Assembly (NCBI GenBank): GCA_009392915.1
Contig: CP045477.1
Location: 448,001-512,000 of the forward strand
From: Candidatus Forterrea multitransposorum CG_2015-17_Forterrea_25_41
Lineage (GTDB): Archaea > Iainarchaeota > Iainarchaeia > Iainarchaeales > CSSED10-239
Direction: 5' to 3'
DNA: 64,000 bases
The position numbers were made by a program, and so were the translations under genes. Under the pieces are notes generated by a model, which saw only the letters and a program-made list of their open reading frames with translations, was not told the origin of the DNA and did not search any database. Every line of letters begins with the position of its first letter. The first letter of the stretch is position 1. This document shows positions 27,837 to 36,196 of this stretch, in pieces.

Positions 27837-27908
27837 AAATTTACACCTATAAAAAAAATGATTAATAATAAAAAAAAAGAAAAAAGAAAAAATGATTTTA
27901 AAAAAAAA

Positions 27909-28370
27909 TTATCTATCTTTCCATGCAACAAGACCTATTATTACTAAATATGCAATTCCAACAAAAATATTTACTATTGGAATAATAGCTAAAATAGGTA
28001 CTAAAGCAAGCCATCCAGGATACTTTCTTTTCTCAAAGATTCTCCACATGGATATTAAAGCTAGAACCATTACAGCAGCCCATCCTAAAACAGGAACTAA
28101 TAGTAAGAATATTAATGCCCAATGGAATCCACCAAGCTCTAAGATCATTGCATAATTTGCAATTGGGATCCATGCAAGCCAAGCTTTTTTATATTTTAAT
28201 TTTTTTCCAATAGTTTGGAATGCAAGTGCTGTATAAATATATAAAGCAACACCAACTATACCAGCTAATAAAGCCATACCAGCAATTAAAGCAATTATAC
28301 CACCTAATGCTTCAGGACTAGCTGTCATATTAGTGCTATCAACTGCAGCAAATAACATATTTGAAAACAT
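27909..28370 (-). CDS. Small polytopic membrane protein
   Basis: GGAGG SD upstream, 153 aa, 4 hydrophobic helices. Preferred over the overlapping plus-strand ORF 27892-28155. Confidence 0.6.
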   Translation of the reverse strand: MFSNMLFAAVDSTNMTASPEALGGIIALIAGMALLAGIVGVALYIYTALAFQTIGKKLKYKKAWLAWIPIANYAMILELGGFHWALIFLLLVPVLGWAAVMVLALISMWRIFEKRKYPGWLALVPILAIIPIVNIFVGIAYLVIIGLVAWKDR

Positions 28371-28475
28371 TTATTACGCCTCCGTTTTTAATTGTAATTT
28401 ATAACATATATAACATATAAAAGATTTATAAAGGTATTATTTTTAAAAATACCCTTAAATTTCTTTTAAAAACCC

Positions 28476-28937
28476 TTAAATTTCATCTACAGAATAAACA
28501 AAATCTAAATCTATTTTATCATATGAGAATAATTCTTCATCTTTAAAAAATCTTGCAATTTCAATATCTGAAGAAACTTGTGAATCTGAAGCATGTACAA
28601 CATTACATTGCCCACTTAAAGAATAATCTCCTCTAATAGTTCCAGCTTCTGCTTCATAACCTTTTGTAACACCTACAAGATTTCTTACAACAGTAATAGC
28701 ATTTACACCTTCAATTACAAGTAAAACAGAAGGAGCACTTTGCATAAATCTTTTTAAATGAGGGAAAAAAGGCTTATCTTTTAAATGAAAATAATGTTCA
28801 CCTATTAAGTCATCATTTAAGTGCATCATTTTAAGTCCTACAAGTTTTAGTCCTTTTCTTTCAAATCTATGTAGGATTTCTCCAACAAGACCTCTATTTA
28901 ATGAATCTGGTTTAAAAATAACTAATGTTCGTTCCAT
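28476..28937 (-). CDS. ndk: Nucleoside diphosphate kinase
   Basis: ERTLVIFKPD, ...RGDYS.....NVVHASDS (active-site His). I prefer the ATG at 28937, 6 nt after GAGGTG. The ORF-track start at 28946 is a GTG inside the SD. Confidence 0.93.
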   Translation of the reverse strand: MERTLVIFKPDSLNRGLVGEILHRFERKGLKLVGLKMMHLNDDLIGEHYFHLKDKPFFPHLKRFMQSAPSVLLVIEGVNAITVVRNLVGVTKGYEAEAGTIRGDYSLSGQCNVVHASDSQVSSDIEIARFFKDEELFSYDKIDLDFVYSVDEI

Positions 28938-28954
28938 ATTTGACACCTCTAAAT

Positions 28955-30145
28955 TTATTTTCTTTCTAAAATGTATATGTATCTATTGATTTTTGAATCG
29001 TTTGCAGCTGCATAAAAAATAGGATTTTCAATTGAAATTTGGTTTGTAATTTTTGATGTATCTAAATAATCAAAACCATTATTTAAAAATACAGAATCAG
29101 AGACTTTTAATAATTGATTATCATATGTCTTAAGTTCTGGTAAGATACAAACAATTCTTGTTTTTGGTTTTAAATTACTATAAAGATTTCTAAATAAATC
29201 AGAATAAAGTTTATTTAAAGAATCAACTATACTTTTAGCTCTTAAAAAATTTGGTAATTTAGAGATAAAAGGACCCATGTATGGTTCAAAAACAACTCCG
29301 TCTACAGAAAAATTAAGTTTAGATGAATCACCATGAAGTACAGTAAAATCATTTGTATATTTAAAATAAGAAACAGCCCAGGCTAAATTTTTCTTAGAGC
29401 TTATAACTTTTTCTCTTTCTTTGTCAATTCCTAAAACATTATATCCTTTAGATAAACCTTCTATTAAAAAATTTCCAAAACCACAAAAAGGGTCTAAAAT
29501 TCTTTTTCCTTTTTTAAGACCTAAAATATTTATCATTATTTTAATAAGTCTAAAAGAAGTTGAATATAATTTTTCTTGTTCAGGTCTTAAAGTATCTTTT
29601 TTAATTATATCTTTAGGAGAATAACAAACAACTGCATATCCTAAATAATATTTATTATCAACTTTTGTAAAAAAGATTTCAAAACCTTTATCTAAAGAAT
29701 AAGAAAAATAATTATTAGGATTAATAATTGTGTTTTCTTTTTTATCTTTAAACTTTTTTGCTTTTTTTAAAACACCTTTAACTTTCTCTAGTTTAAATTG
29801 TTCTTTAAAAGATTGTTTTAAAAAATCAAGATCATCTTGAGAAATAAATTTATGTGAGATTCCATAATTAAATTTATTTGAATAATCTTTATCAAAAAAA
29901 TTTAAAAAATCACTAGATAGTTTATTAGAACTATAAAAGACTTTATAGATCCTTGTAGTTCCACCTAAATCATCTATGATTTTTGAAAAATCTACTTTTT
30001 GTTTAAAATCAAAAATAGCATAAGTATCTGTACTTGTAATATAAGAAAAGGAAATATTATTTAGTTTAAAATAAGAAAATACCTCAAGTATTGATAATTT
30101 ATAATCCCTTCCAAATAAAAATAAGTACATATATTTCAAACACAA
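28955..30145 (-). CDS. Putative tRNA guanine-N2 methyltransferase (Trm11/Trm-G10-like, UPF0020 type)
   Basis: The N-terminal pattern ..LFGRDYKLSILEV.. resembles archaeal Trm11. SAM-binding motif ILDPFCGFGNFLIEG and ..VFEPYMG (NPPY-like) follow. Confidence 0.5.
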   Translation of the reverse strand: MCLKYMYLFLFGRDYKLSILEVFSYFKLNNISFSYITSTDTYAIFDFKQKVDFSKIIDDLGGTTRIYKVFYSSNKLSSDFLNFFDKDYSNKFNYGISHKFISQDDLDFLKQSFKEQFKLEKVKGVLKKAKKFKDKKENTIINPNNYFSYSLDKGFEIFFTKVDNKYYLGYAVVCYSPKDIIKKDTLRPEQEKLYSTSFRLIKIMINILGLKKGKRILDPFCGFGNFLIEGLSKGYNVLGIDKEREKVISSKKNLAWAVSYFKYTNDFTVLHGDSSKLNFSVDGVVFEPYMGPFISKLPNFLRAKSIVDSLNKLYSDLFRNLYSNLKPKTRIVCILPELKTYDNQLLKVSDSVFLNNGFDYLDTSKITNQISIENPIFYAAANDSKINRYIYILERK

Positions 30146-30190
30146 TTGTTTTTATTTTTTTTAAAAAAATGAAAAAATAAAAGAAGAAAA

Positions 30191-30919
30191 TTACTTCTTC
30201 TTTTTATCATCTTTTTTAGCAGCAGGAGCAGCTTTACCAGCTGGAGCTTTTGAATCTTTACCAGCAACAACTTTACCTTTTGCAGCTTTAAGTTCTTGAG
30301 CTTTTGCTTCTTCTGCTTTCTTTTCTTCTTCTGCCATAGCAGCAAGTTTTCTTCTCTTCTTTGTAGTTCCAACAGATTTTAAGTTGTCTTTATTTTCTTC
30401 AATTACAACTTTCATTCTACAAGGAAGTTTAGAATCAAGTCTTTCAAAGACTTTTTTTACAAATTCAACATTTGCTTCATCAACTAAAACACTAAATAAT
30501 TTTTGATTAGATTTAACTCTTGCAGCAACACCAACAACTTTTCCAAAAGGGCATTGACTCATACCTTGTTGAATTCTGTCGGCTTTAGCACCTTGAGCTT
30601 GTTTATTTTCTCTTAAGAAAAATTGAGGATATACTCTTAATTTCATATAGAAATTTTGAGCAGTTAATTTTTTATTTAAGTTTCTTACAACAGTTGTTCT
30701 TACAGATTCTAAAGCTGAATCTCTAATTTGTATTTTTTCAGAAGTTACATAATGAACTACATGAGAATATTGTTTTTCTCCAAAACCCATATGGTATTGT
30801 CTAACTTTAATACCTGGAGTTCCGCCTACATAGTTCTTTCTATGCACTCTTTTTGCAACTCTTGTATATGCTCTTTTATTTACTTTTGGATTATAACAAT
30901 GTCCTGGTCTAACACCCAT
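30191..30919 (-). CDS. rpl10e: Ribosomal protein uL16 (L10e) with a 56-aa Ala/Lys-rich C-terminal extension
   Basis: N-terminus MGVRPGHCYNPKVNKRAYTRV...GGTPGIKVRQYHMG is typical of archaeal L10e, with a GGTGA SD upstream. The tail is KKRRKLAAMAEEEKKAEEAKAQELKAAKGKVVAGKDSKAPAGKAAPAAKKDDKKKK. Confidence 0.9.
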   Translation of the reverse strand: MGVRPGHCYNPKVNKRAYTRVAKRVHRKNYVGGTPGIKVRQYHMGFGEKQYSHVVHYVTSEKIQIRDSALESVRTTVVRNLNKKLTAQNFYMKLRVYPQFFLRENKQAQGAKADRIQQGMSQCPFGKVVGVAARVKSNQKLFSVLVDEANVEFVKKVFERLDSKLPCRMKVVIEENKDNLKSVGTTKKRRKLAAMAEEEKKAEEAKAQELKAAKGKVVAGKDSKAPAGKAAPAAKKDDKKKK

Positions 30920-31290
30920 AAATACTCACCTATAATTTTAAATTTTTTTATAAATTAACTCCTTTATTTTAAAGTTTTACTTAGTAACAAAGAAATTGTC
31001 TAATATAATATATATATAGAAAAGTATATAAAGTAATATTTTAGAAGTAAAAATAAGATTAAAACTTAATTAAATTGAAAGTAAGAACAGGGATCTGTTA
31101 TATAGGATAACAGTGTGCTCTTACCTTCTTCTTTCTGCCTTTTTTTTCTATTTGTGAAATTAGGTAATAGATTACCGTAAATATTATTGATAAAACTCTT
31201 TTTATAGGTATGGGGGTTGTAAAAAAAAACTAAAATAAGAAAAAAGTTTAGAAAACTAAACTCTTTTATGTTGAAGATAAATTAATAAAA

Positions 31291-33081
31291 TCATCCATAA
31301 GTAGTTGCTTTAATACTTTTAACTACACCACTTACAAGAACCCAGCCACCCCATTGACCAGTATTTCTGGATGAATTGGTTACAGATAAAGTCCAACCAG
31401 GTTCACTGTCACCAACTTCCCAATATTTACATTTTTTAGAAGAACCAAAAGCTTCTACTTTAATATTATAATTACCAGCAGGAACTTTCCAAGATCCATC
31501 TTTATCAGTTGCAAGTTGTGAACCACCATATTTAAGATATAAACCATCATTTCCATAATCATTAGTTATTGAACAAACATATGAAGCACTTGTTGAAGAA
31601 TAATTAAAAGTGAGACCTGCTTGAGAAGTATCATTTTCAGAAGCTAAACTAACTACTCCTTCTAAAACTAAATTACCTTGTGTACTTAAACCCTGGTAAA
31701 AGAAACCTGCAGAAGACCAAAATTCATTTAATTTAACACCACCACCTGAGAACGCAGGCTGAGCTACAACTGTACCACCTGATTGCGACCAACCAGACAA
31801 ACTAGTAATACTAGTTTGATTTAATAAAACTACAGCAGGAGCTGATAGAACAAGATTAATACTTGAACTTGTTGCTGTTCTTGAAGCACCATCTGTTACA
31901 GTTACTCTAATATATTTTGTACCAGTAGTTGAAAATGAATAAGTTGGATTTGAAACTGAAGTTCCAAAAACAATCCAAGTACTTTGATTTGTACTATATT
32001 CCCAGGAATAATTAGATACTCCAGAAACTGCATTACTTACAGAAGAATTAAAACTTATTGTTTGACCAGTATCATAATTTGTACCAGTTGTTGGAGAAGT
32101 AACACTTACAGCTAAAGGATCACTAATTAAAATATTACTAACAGTATCAGAATAAACTTGATTAATAGGAGAAGGTCTTGAAGCATCTGTAACTAAAACT
32201 CTAAACTCATAAGTCCCACCTGTTGCAAAACCATTTGTTGTAGTATAACTATTAGAACCAAAGTTAGTCCAACCAGTACTGTTTCTATTATACTGCCATT
32301 GATAAGATTTAGTACCAATTGCATTTGAAACACCTACATCAAATATTATTCCTTCACTAAGATTATAAACATCACTTGCATCAGGAGTATAAATAGTTGC
32401 TGTTAATGGAAGAACAACTGTAAAATCTTCACTTGAAGTTGAAATATCTCCAGTTCCAGAATCTGTTACTTTATAATAAATAGTATAGCTTCCTGTTGAA
32501 GATAAAGTTTGAGATAAAGAAGCACAATTAGTACCAACTGCAGTATTAGTATCATTTGAGTTTAATATCCATTCACAAGAAACTGTTGAAACATTATTAT
32601 CATAATTTCCAGTAAATGAAATTGTTTCATTATTATTCCAAGTAGTTCTTGACATTGTAATACTTGAAGATAACAAATCTAAAATATTTATTCCAATTGT
32701 TTGAGAATCACTTGAAGAATCAAAATCATCTAAAGTATCTAATTTAATTGAATAATCATTAAATACTGAAAAAGAATAACTTGTATTACAATCAGTACTA
32801 AAAGATGTAAATGATGGTAAGTCAGCTCTCTTATGACTCCAATTACAAGTTACATTTCCAACATTATTACTATATGAAGAATTAAAATTAATTGTTTTTG
32901 TAACATTATAATTTGATTCTTCTGTTGGATTTAATATTGTTGATGAAAAATCATCAAAAATTTCAACAAATAAATCATCACTAAAAGTTCCTTCATCATC
33001 ATTTGCAATTACTAAAATTTCATAAATTCCAGGAGTTGTAAAAGTATAAGAAATATCACACAAGGTATCTGAAGGATTCAT
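31291..33081 (-). CDS. PKD-like-repeat plus lectin/jelly-roll-like surface protein; likely the distal part of a pilin-adhesin gene interrupted by an in-frame TAA
   Basis: Repeats share the pattern [ST]VSCEW.../...Y.F...G.Y.I.V.V.D..G and are Ser/Thr/Asn/Gly-rich. There is no signal peptide, and the annotated Met lies inside a repeat. The frame stays open for 46 more codons upstream, to the stop of ORF 33220-33744. Confidence 0.7.
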   Translation of the reverse strand: MNPSDTLCDISYTFTTPGIYEILVIANDDEGTFSDDLFVEIFDDFSSTILNPTEESNYNVTKTINFNSSYSNNVGNVTCNWSHKRADLPSFTSFSTDCNTSYSFSVFNDYSIKLDTLDDFDSSSDSQTIGINILDLLSSSITMSRTTWNNNETISFTGNYDNNVSTVSCEWILNSNDTNTAVGTNCASLSQTLSSTGSYTIYYKVTDSGTGDISTSSEDFTVVLPLTATIYTPDASDVYNLSEGIIFDVGVSNAIGTKSYQWQYNRNSTGWTNFGSNSYTTTNGFATGGTYEFRVLVTDASRPSPINQVYSDTVSNILISDPLAVSVTSPTTGTNYDTGQTISFNSSVSNAVSGVSNYSWEYSTNQSTWIVFGTSVSNPTYSFSTTGTKYIRVTVTDGASRTATSSSINLVLSAPAVVLLNQTSITSLSGWSQSGGTVVAQPAFSGGGVKLNEFWSSAGFFYQGLSTQGNLVLEGVVSLASENDTSQAGLTFNYSSTSASYVCSITNDYGNDGLYLKYGGSQLATDKDGSWKVPAGNYNIKVEAFGSSKKCKYWEVGDSEPGWTLSVTNSSRNTGQWGGWVLVSGVVKSIKATTYG

Positions 33082-33219
33082 TCTTACTTGTGATCCACCT
33101 GCAATTGTATGATACCATTCACAAGAAACACTTCCTCTTTGATAAAGTGTATCAGTTTCAAAAGAAACAGAAGTGTTTACTCTGAATGAATCAAAATTTG
33201 TAACATTTGAAAAGAAAAT

Positions 33220-33744
33220 TTAAGAAGATGGAAGTTCTACAGCACATTTTCTTAAATCAATTGTTTTTTTAGGACAAGTAGAGTTTGATAAAGTAAAAAC
33301 CTTTAAATCTAAAGGATCAATTATTTCTCCAGAATCAACATTAATATCAGAATTTACAATTGTAAAATCAGTTGTTGATTTTAATTTTTTAATTTCTCCA
33401 GATAAAATAGGATTATCAAAATTACCATACATTTTTAGAACATTTGAAGAATTTTGAGAAGTTCCTTGAATATTTAAAGAAAGATTATAAAAATCAATAG
33501 GGGTTGGGTTTCTTAATAAAACTTCAATATTTCCAGTAGTTGAATCAAGATTACAAGATTCTACAACTAAATTATACTTAATACAATCCATTCTAGAAAC
33601 TTCTTGTAATTGATCTTGTGAAACATCTAATTTTTCTCTAACAGATGTTTTTGACCAAGATAAAAATCCTGCAACTAAAACAGCTGTTACCAAGATTAAT
33701 AAAACTACAGAAATTATTGCCGAAATTGATTTTTTTCTATTCAT
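33220..33744 (-). CDS. Archaeal type IV pilin-like protein (class III signal peptide)
   Basis: N-terminus MNRKKSISAIISVVLLILVTAVLVAGFLSW fits the archaeal pilin N-terminal domain: basic residues, a small residue at -1, then a hydrophobic helix. It ends at a TAA in frame with the next ORF. Confidence 0.7.
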   Translation of the reverse strand: MNRKKSISAIISVVLLILVTAVLVAGFLSWSKTSVREKLDVSQDQLQEVSRMDCIKYNLVVESCNLDSTTGNIEVLLRNPTPIDFYNLSLNIQGTSQNSSNVLKMYGNFDNPILSGEIKKLKSTTDFTIVNSDINVDSGEIIDPLDLKVFTLSNSTCPKKTIDLRKCAVELPSS

Positions 33745-33830
33745 AAATATCTTTTTTAAAATATAATATAATTATAGATATTATAGAAACTATTTTAAAG
33801 GTATCTTTATTCTTTTAAAAAAATAAATAT

Positions 33831-34172
33831 TTAAAAAGAAATAATATCATTTATTTTTATAAAAGAAATATCTGTTTCAATTGGAAGTTCAATTATATAT
33901 TTAGCTTTCTTTTTTGGAGAATAAAAAGTAAAAGGTCTTAATCTTTTTTTAATATCAATAACTTTTTTATTTGAATCTAGAAAAAGAACATTTATTGAAT
34001 AGAAAACAAAAAGCATATGAATTGAAGAGCCTACAATAGATTCATATTCTCTTTTAAAAATAAGACCAAAATCAAATTTCTTTCTTGGAAAAAACATAAG
34101 TCCAAGTCCTTGTTTTAAAGGAGAAATTATTTTCTTTTTTTTAATTATTATTTTATTATTAACTTTTATCAA
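33831..34172 (-). CDS. DUF192 (COG1430) family protein
   Basis: GLGLMF...IHMLFVFYSINVLFLDSNKKVIDIKK...AKYIIELP follows the DUF192 GLM/...M...LD..F.d/...vLE pattern. Confidence 0.65.
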   Translation of the reverse strand: MIKVNNKIIIKKKKIISPLKQGLGLMFFPRKKFDFGLIFKREYESIVGSSIHMLFVFYSINVLFLDSNKKVIDIKKRLRPFTFYSPKKKAKYIIELPIETDISFIKINDIISF

Positions 34173-34178
34173 AAATAA

Positions 34179-35330
34179 TCACACTTTTTTTTTTAAACTT
34201 ACCCTATATAAAATAACAAAATCAATATCAGATTTTCTAATCTCAAAATCAAAAAATACAGCATCTGGTACAAAAATAGCATACTCTGCACAAGAAAGAC
34301 CACATTCACTTTGATCAAAAGGTAAAAAATATAGATTATTACTATATGTTTTATCTAGAATATATTTAGAACTAATAGATTTTAAAGCAATGACTTCAGA
34401 AATATTTACTTGTTCTAGCTGATTACGATTCATATAGGTAATAGTGTCAATTAAAACACTCTCAGCATCTGGTTTTGGAACAGCAATTTGAAAGATTAAA
34501 ATTGTAAATATAAAAAATATGAAAATATATTTGATAAAATTAAAACTACTTTCTTCTTTTATTGCAAACATTATAAAAGAAATAAAGATAGAAAGAACAA
34601 TTGCCATATAAAGAAGGAAATTATCAAAAAATATTCTTGTTATTAAATCTTGATCTGCATACCATAAAAAATTATTACCTAGTATAATATTTATGAATAA
34701 AATTACAACTAAAAAGATTACAAATAAAACAATGGATAAATAATATAAATTTAAAAAATATTTTTTCTTTTGTGTTTCTTCTTTAAAAATAGAAATATCT
34801 TTTGAAATATTTAAAAGAACTCTATCAAGAGGTATAGAACTTTCTTTAAAAGTCTTTAACAATATTAAAGTGTGAGTGATTATTGGACTTTTAATAGTCT
34901 CATTAATACCTGATAAAGCATTTTCAAAATCATCTCCCCAAGAAACTCTATTTGCTATTCTTTTTATTTCTGTATCAATTGAACCATAAACATTTGATGT
35001 TGTGATATTGTTTAATGATATTGATAAATTATTTGTAGATTTATACTCTCTCGATAAATCTTGTAAAAAGAATGTAAAAGAAGTTTCAATTGCTTTCTTT
35101 TTAAAGTGTTTTAAAACATATTCTAAAACAAAACCTAAAAAACTTACGAAAAAACCAAAAAAGAAAACTGCATAGTATAATTCAGTATGAAGAAAATATT
35201 TATTTGATAAATGAACAATTAAAAGACCAGATAAAATACTTGCAAGAATTAATATTTGGTATTCATAATTATAAATTAATAGTTTTAATTTAATATTCAT
35301 TTTATCTAAAAATTTATTTTTTTCTATCAT
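34179..35330 (-). CDS. Type IV filament platform protein, TadC/FlaJ-half-like with an extra C-terminal domain (locus B)
   Basis: N-terminal TMs, a T2SS-F-like helical domain (..IKRIANRVSWGDDFENALSGINETIKSP..), 3 TMs, then a ~90-aa extracytoplasmic tail. Confidence 0.6.
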   Translation of the reverse strand: MIEKNKFLDKMNIKLKLLIYNYEYQILILASILSGLLIVHLSNKYFLHTELYYAVFFFGFFVSFLGFVLEYVLKHFKKKAIETSFTFFLQDLSREYKSTNNLSISLNNITTSNVYGSIDTEIKRIANRVSWGDDFENALSGINETIKSPIITHTLILLKTFKESSIPLDRVLLNISKDISIFKEETQKKKYFLNLYYLSIVLFVIFLVVILFINIILGNNFLWYADQDLITRIFFDNFLLYMAIVLSIFISFIMFAIKEESSFNFIKYIFIFFIFTILIFQIAVPKPDAESVLIDTITYMNRNQLEQVNISEVIALKSISSKYILDKTYSNNLYFLPFDQSECGLSCAEYAIFVPDAVFFDFEIRKSDIDFVILYRVSLKKKV

Positions 35331-35346
35331 TTAAAAATCAATCTCT

Positions 35347-36189
35347 TCATTTATATAAAATCCCAATTAATACAAATTCAATTACTGCAAATATTATTGA
35401 AAAAATCAACAATGATTCTTTTAATAAAAAATAATCTGTAAAAGTTATAAAAAATATTATTAAAATAACAATAAAAAAGAAAAATAAAAATATTGACATT
35501 AAAAATAAAATATTAATTCTACTTTTCTTTTGTTCACTTAACTCTCTTTTAGATTGTTCTAAATTAGTTAAGAAATCAAGAATAACTTGATTTAAGTCTT
35601 CTTTTTGATCAATAACTTCAATTAATTTTCTAAAGAAGTTTTTTTCAACTTCAGAATATGTTTCAGAAATTATTGATTTAAAAGTATCTTTAAGATTATG
35701 ATTTCTTTTATTTAAAGCAATTATTTTCTTTGCTTCTCTGCTTAATATATCATTATTTTCTAAGTTTTCAAAAACATTCAATACATCTTTAATAGTTAGA
35801 TTTTCATCTCTTAAAACAGATAAATGTTTTATAGATCTTTGAAATTCACTACCAATTTCTTTTTTTATATTATTTAAAATAAAAAAAGGATATTTAAATA
35901 AAAGTAAAAAAATCATAAAAGCAAAAGTAAAAGAAATAAAAATAGTTATAAAAAAACTAAAAAGATTAAACAATATTCCAAGTCTAATCATTAAATAAAT
36001 AAAAGCAAACTCTATAACTATTAAAAAAAATATAGAAATAAAAGAAATATTTGAAATATAACTAATAGAATCTTCATTGATACCAGTATATTCTAAAACT
36101 CTATCAAAATTTTTAAAAGTACCTTTAAATTGCATAACAATATCTTTTAAGAAAAATAAAGATATACTTGTTAAGAATTTACTAAACAT
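35347..36189 (-). CDS. Type IV filament platform protein, TadB/FlaJ-half-like (locus B)
   Basis: TMs flank a helical cytoplasmic domain (..IKHLSVLRDENLTIKDVLNVFENL..). The gap to the upstream ATPase-like gene is 7 nt. Confidence 0.6.
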   Translation of the reverse strand: MFSKFLTSISLFFLKDIVMQFKGTFKNFDRVLEYTGINEDSISYISNISFISIFFLIVIEFAFIYLMIRLGILFNLFSFFITIFISFTFAFMIFLLLFKYPFFILNNIKKEIGSEFQRSIKHLSVLRDENLTIKDVLNVFENLENNDILSREAKKIIALNKRNHNLKDTFKSIISETYSEVEKNFFRKLIEVIDQKEDLNQVILDFLTNLEQSKRELSEQKKSRINILFLMSIFLFFFFIVILIIFFITFTDYFLLKESLLIFSIIFAVIEFVLIGILYK

Positions 36190-36196
36190 ATTTTTT

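Noticed and set aside
27892-28155. 87-aa plus-strand ORF overlapping the 27909-28370 membrane-protein gene
   Set aside because: The minus-strand ORF has a GGAGG SD and coherent TM-helix periodicity. The plus-strand ORF has neither.
30136-30372. 78-aa alternative-frame ORF over the uL16 tail
   Set aside because: It is on the same strand as rpl10e but in another frame. Its Lys/Leu/Gln low-complexity translation derives from the GCA/AAG-rich tail codons, and the rpl10e frame is contiguous with the conserved core.
33220-33222. Genome-wide reassignment of TAA as an explanation for the in-frame stop
   Set aside because: Many confidently identified genes here end at TAA with lengths matching their families, for example ftsZ and the pilin ORF itself. 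TAA is therefore a normal stop, and any readthrough would have to be local.
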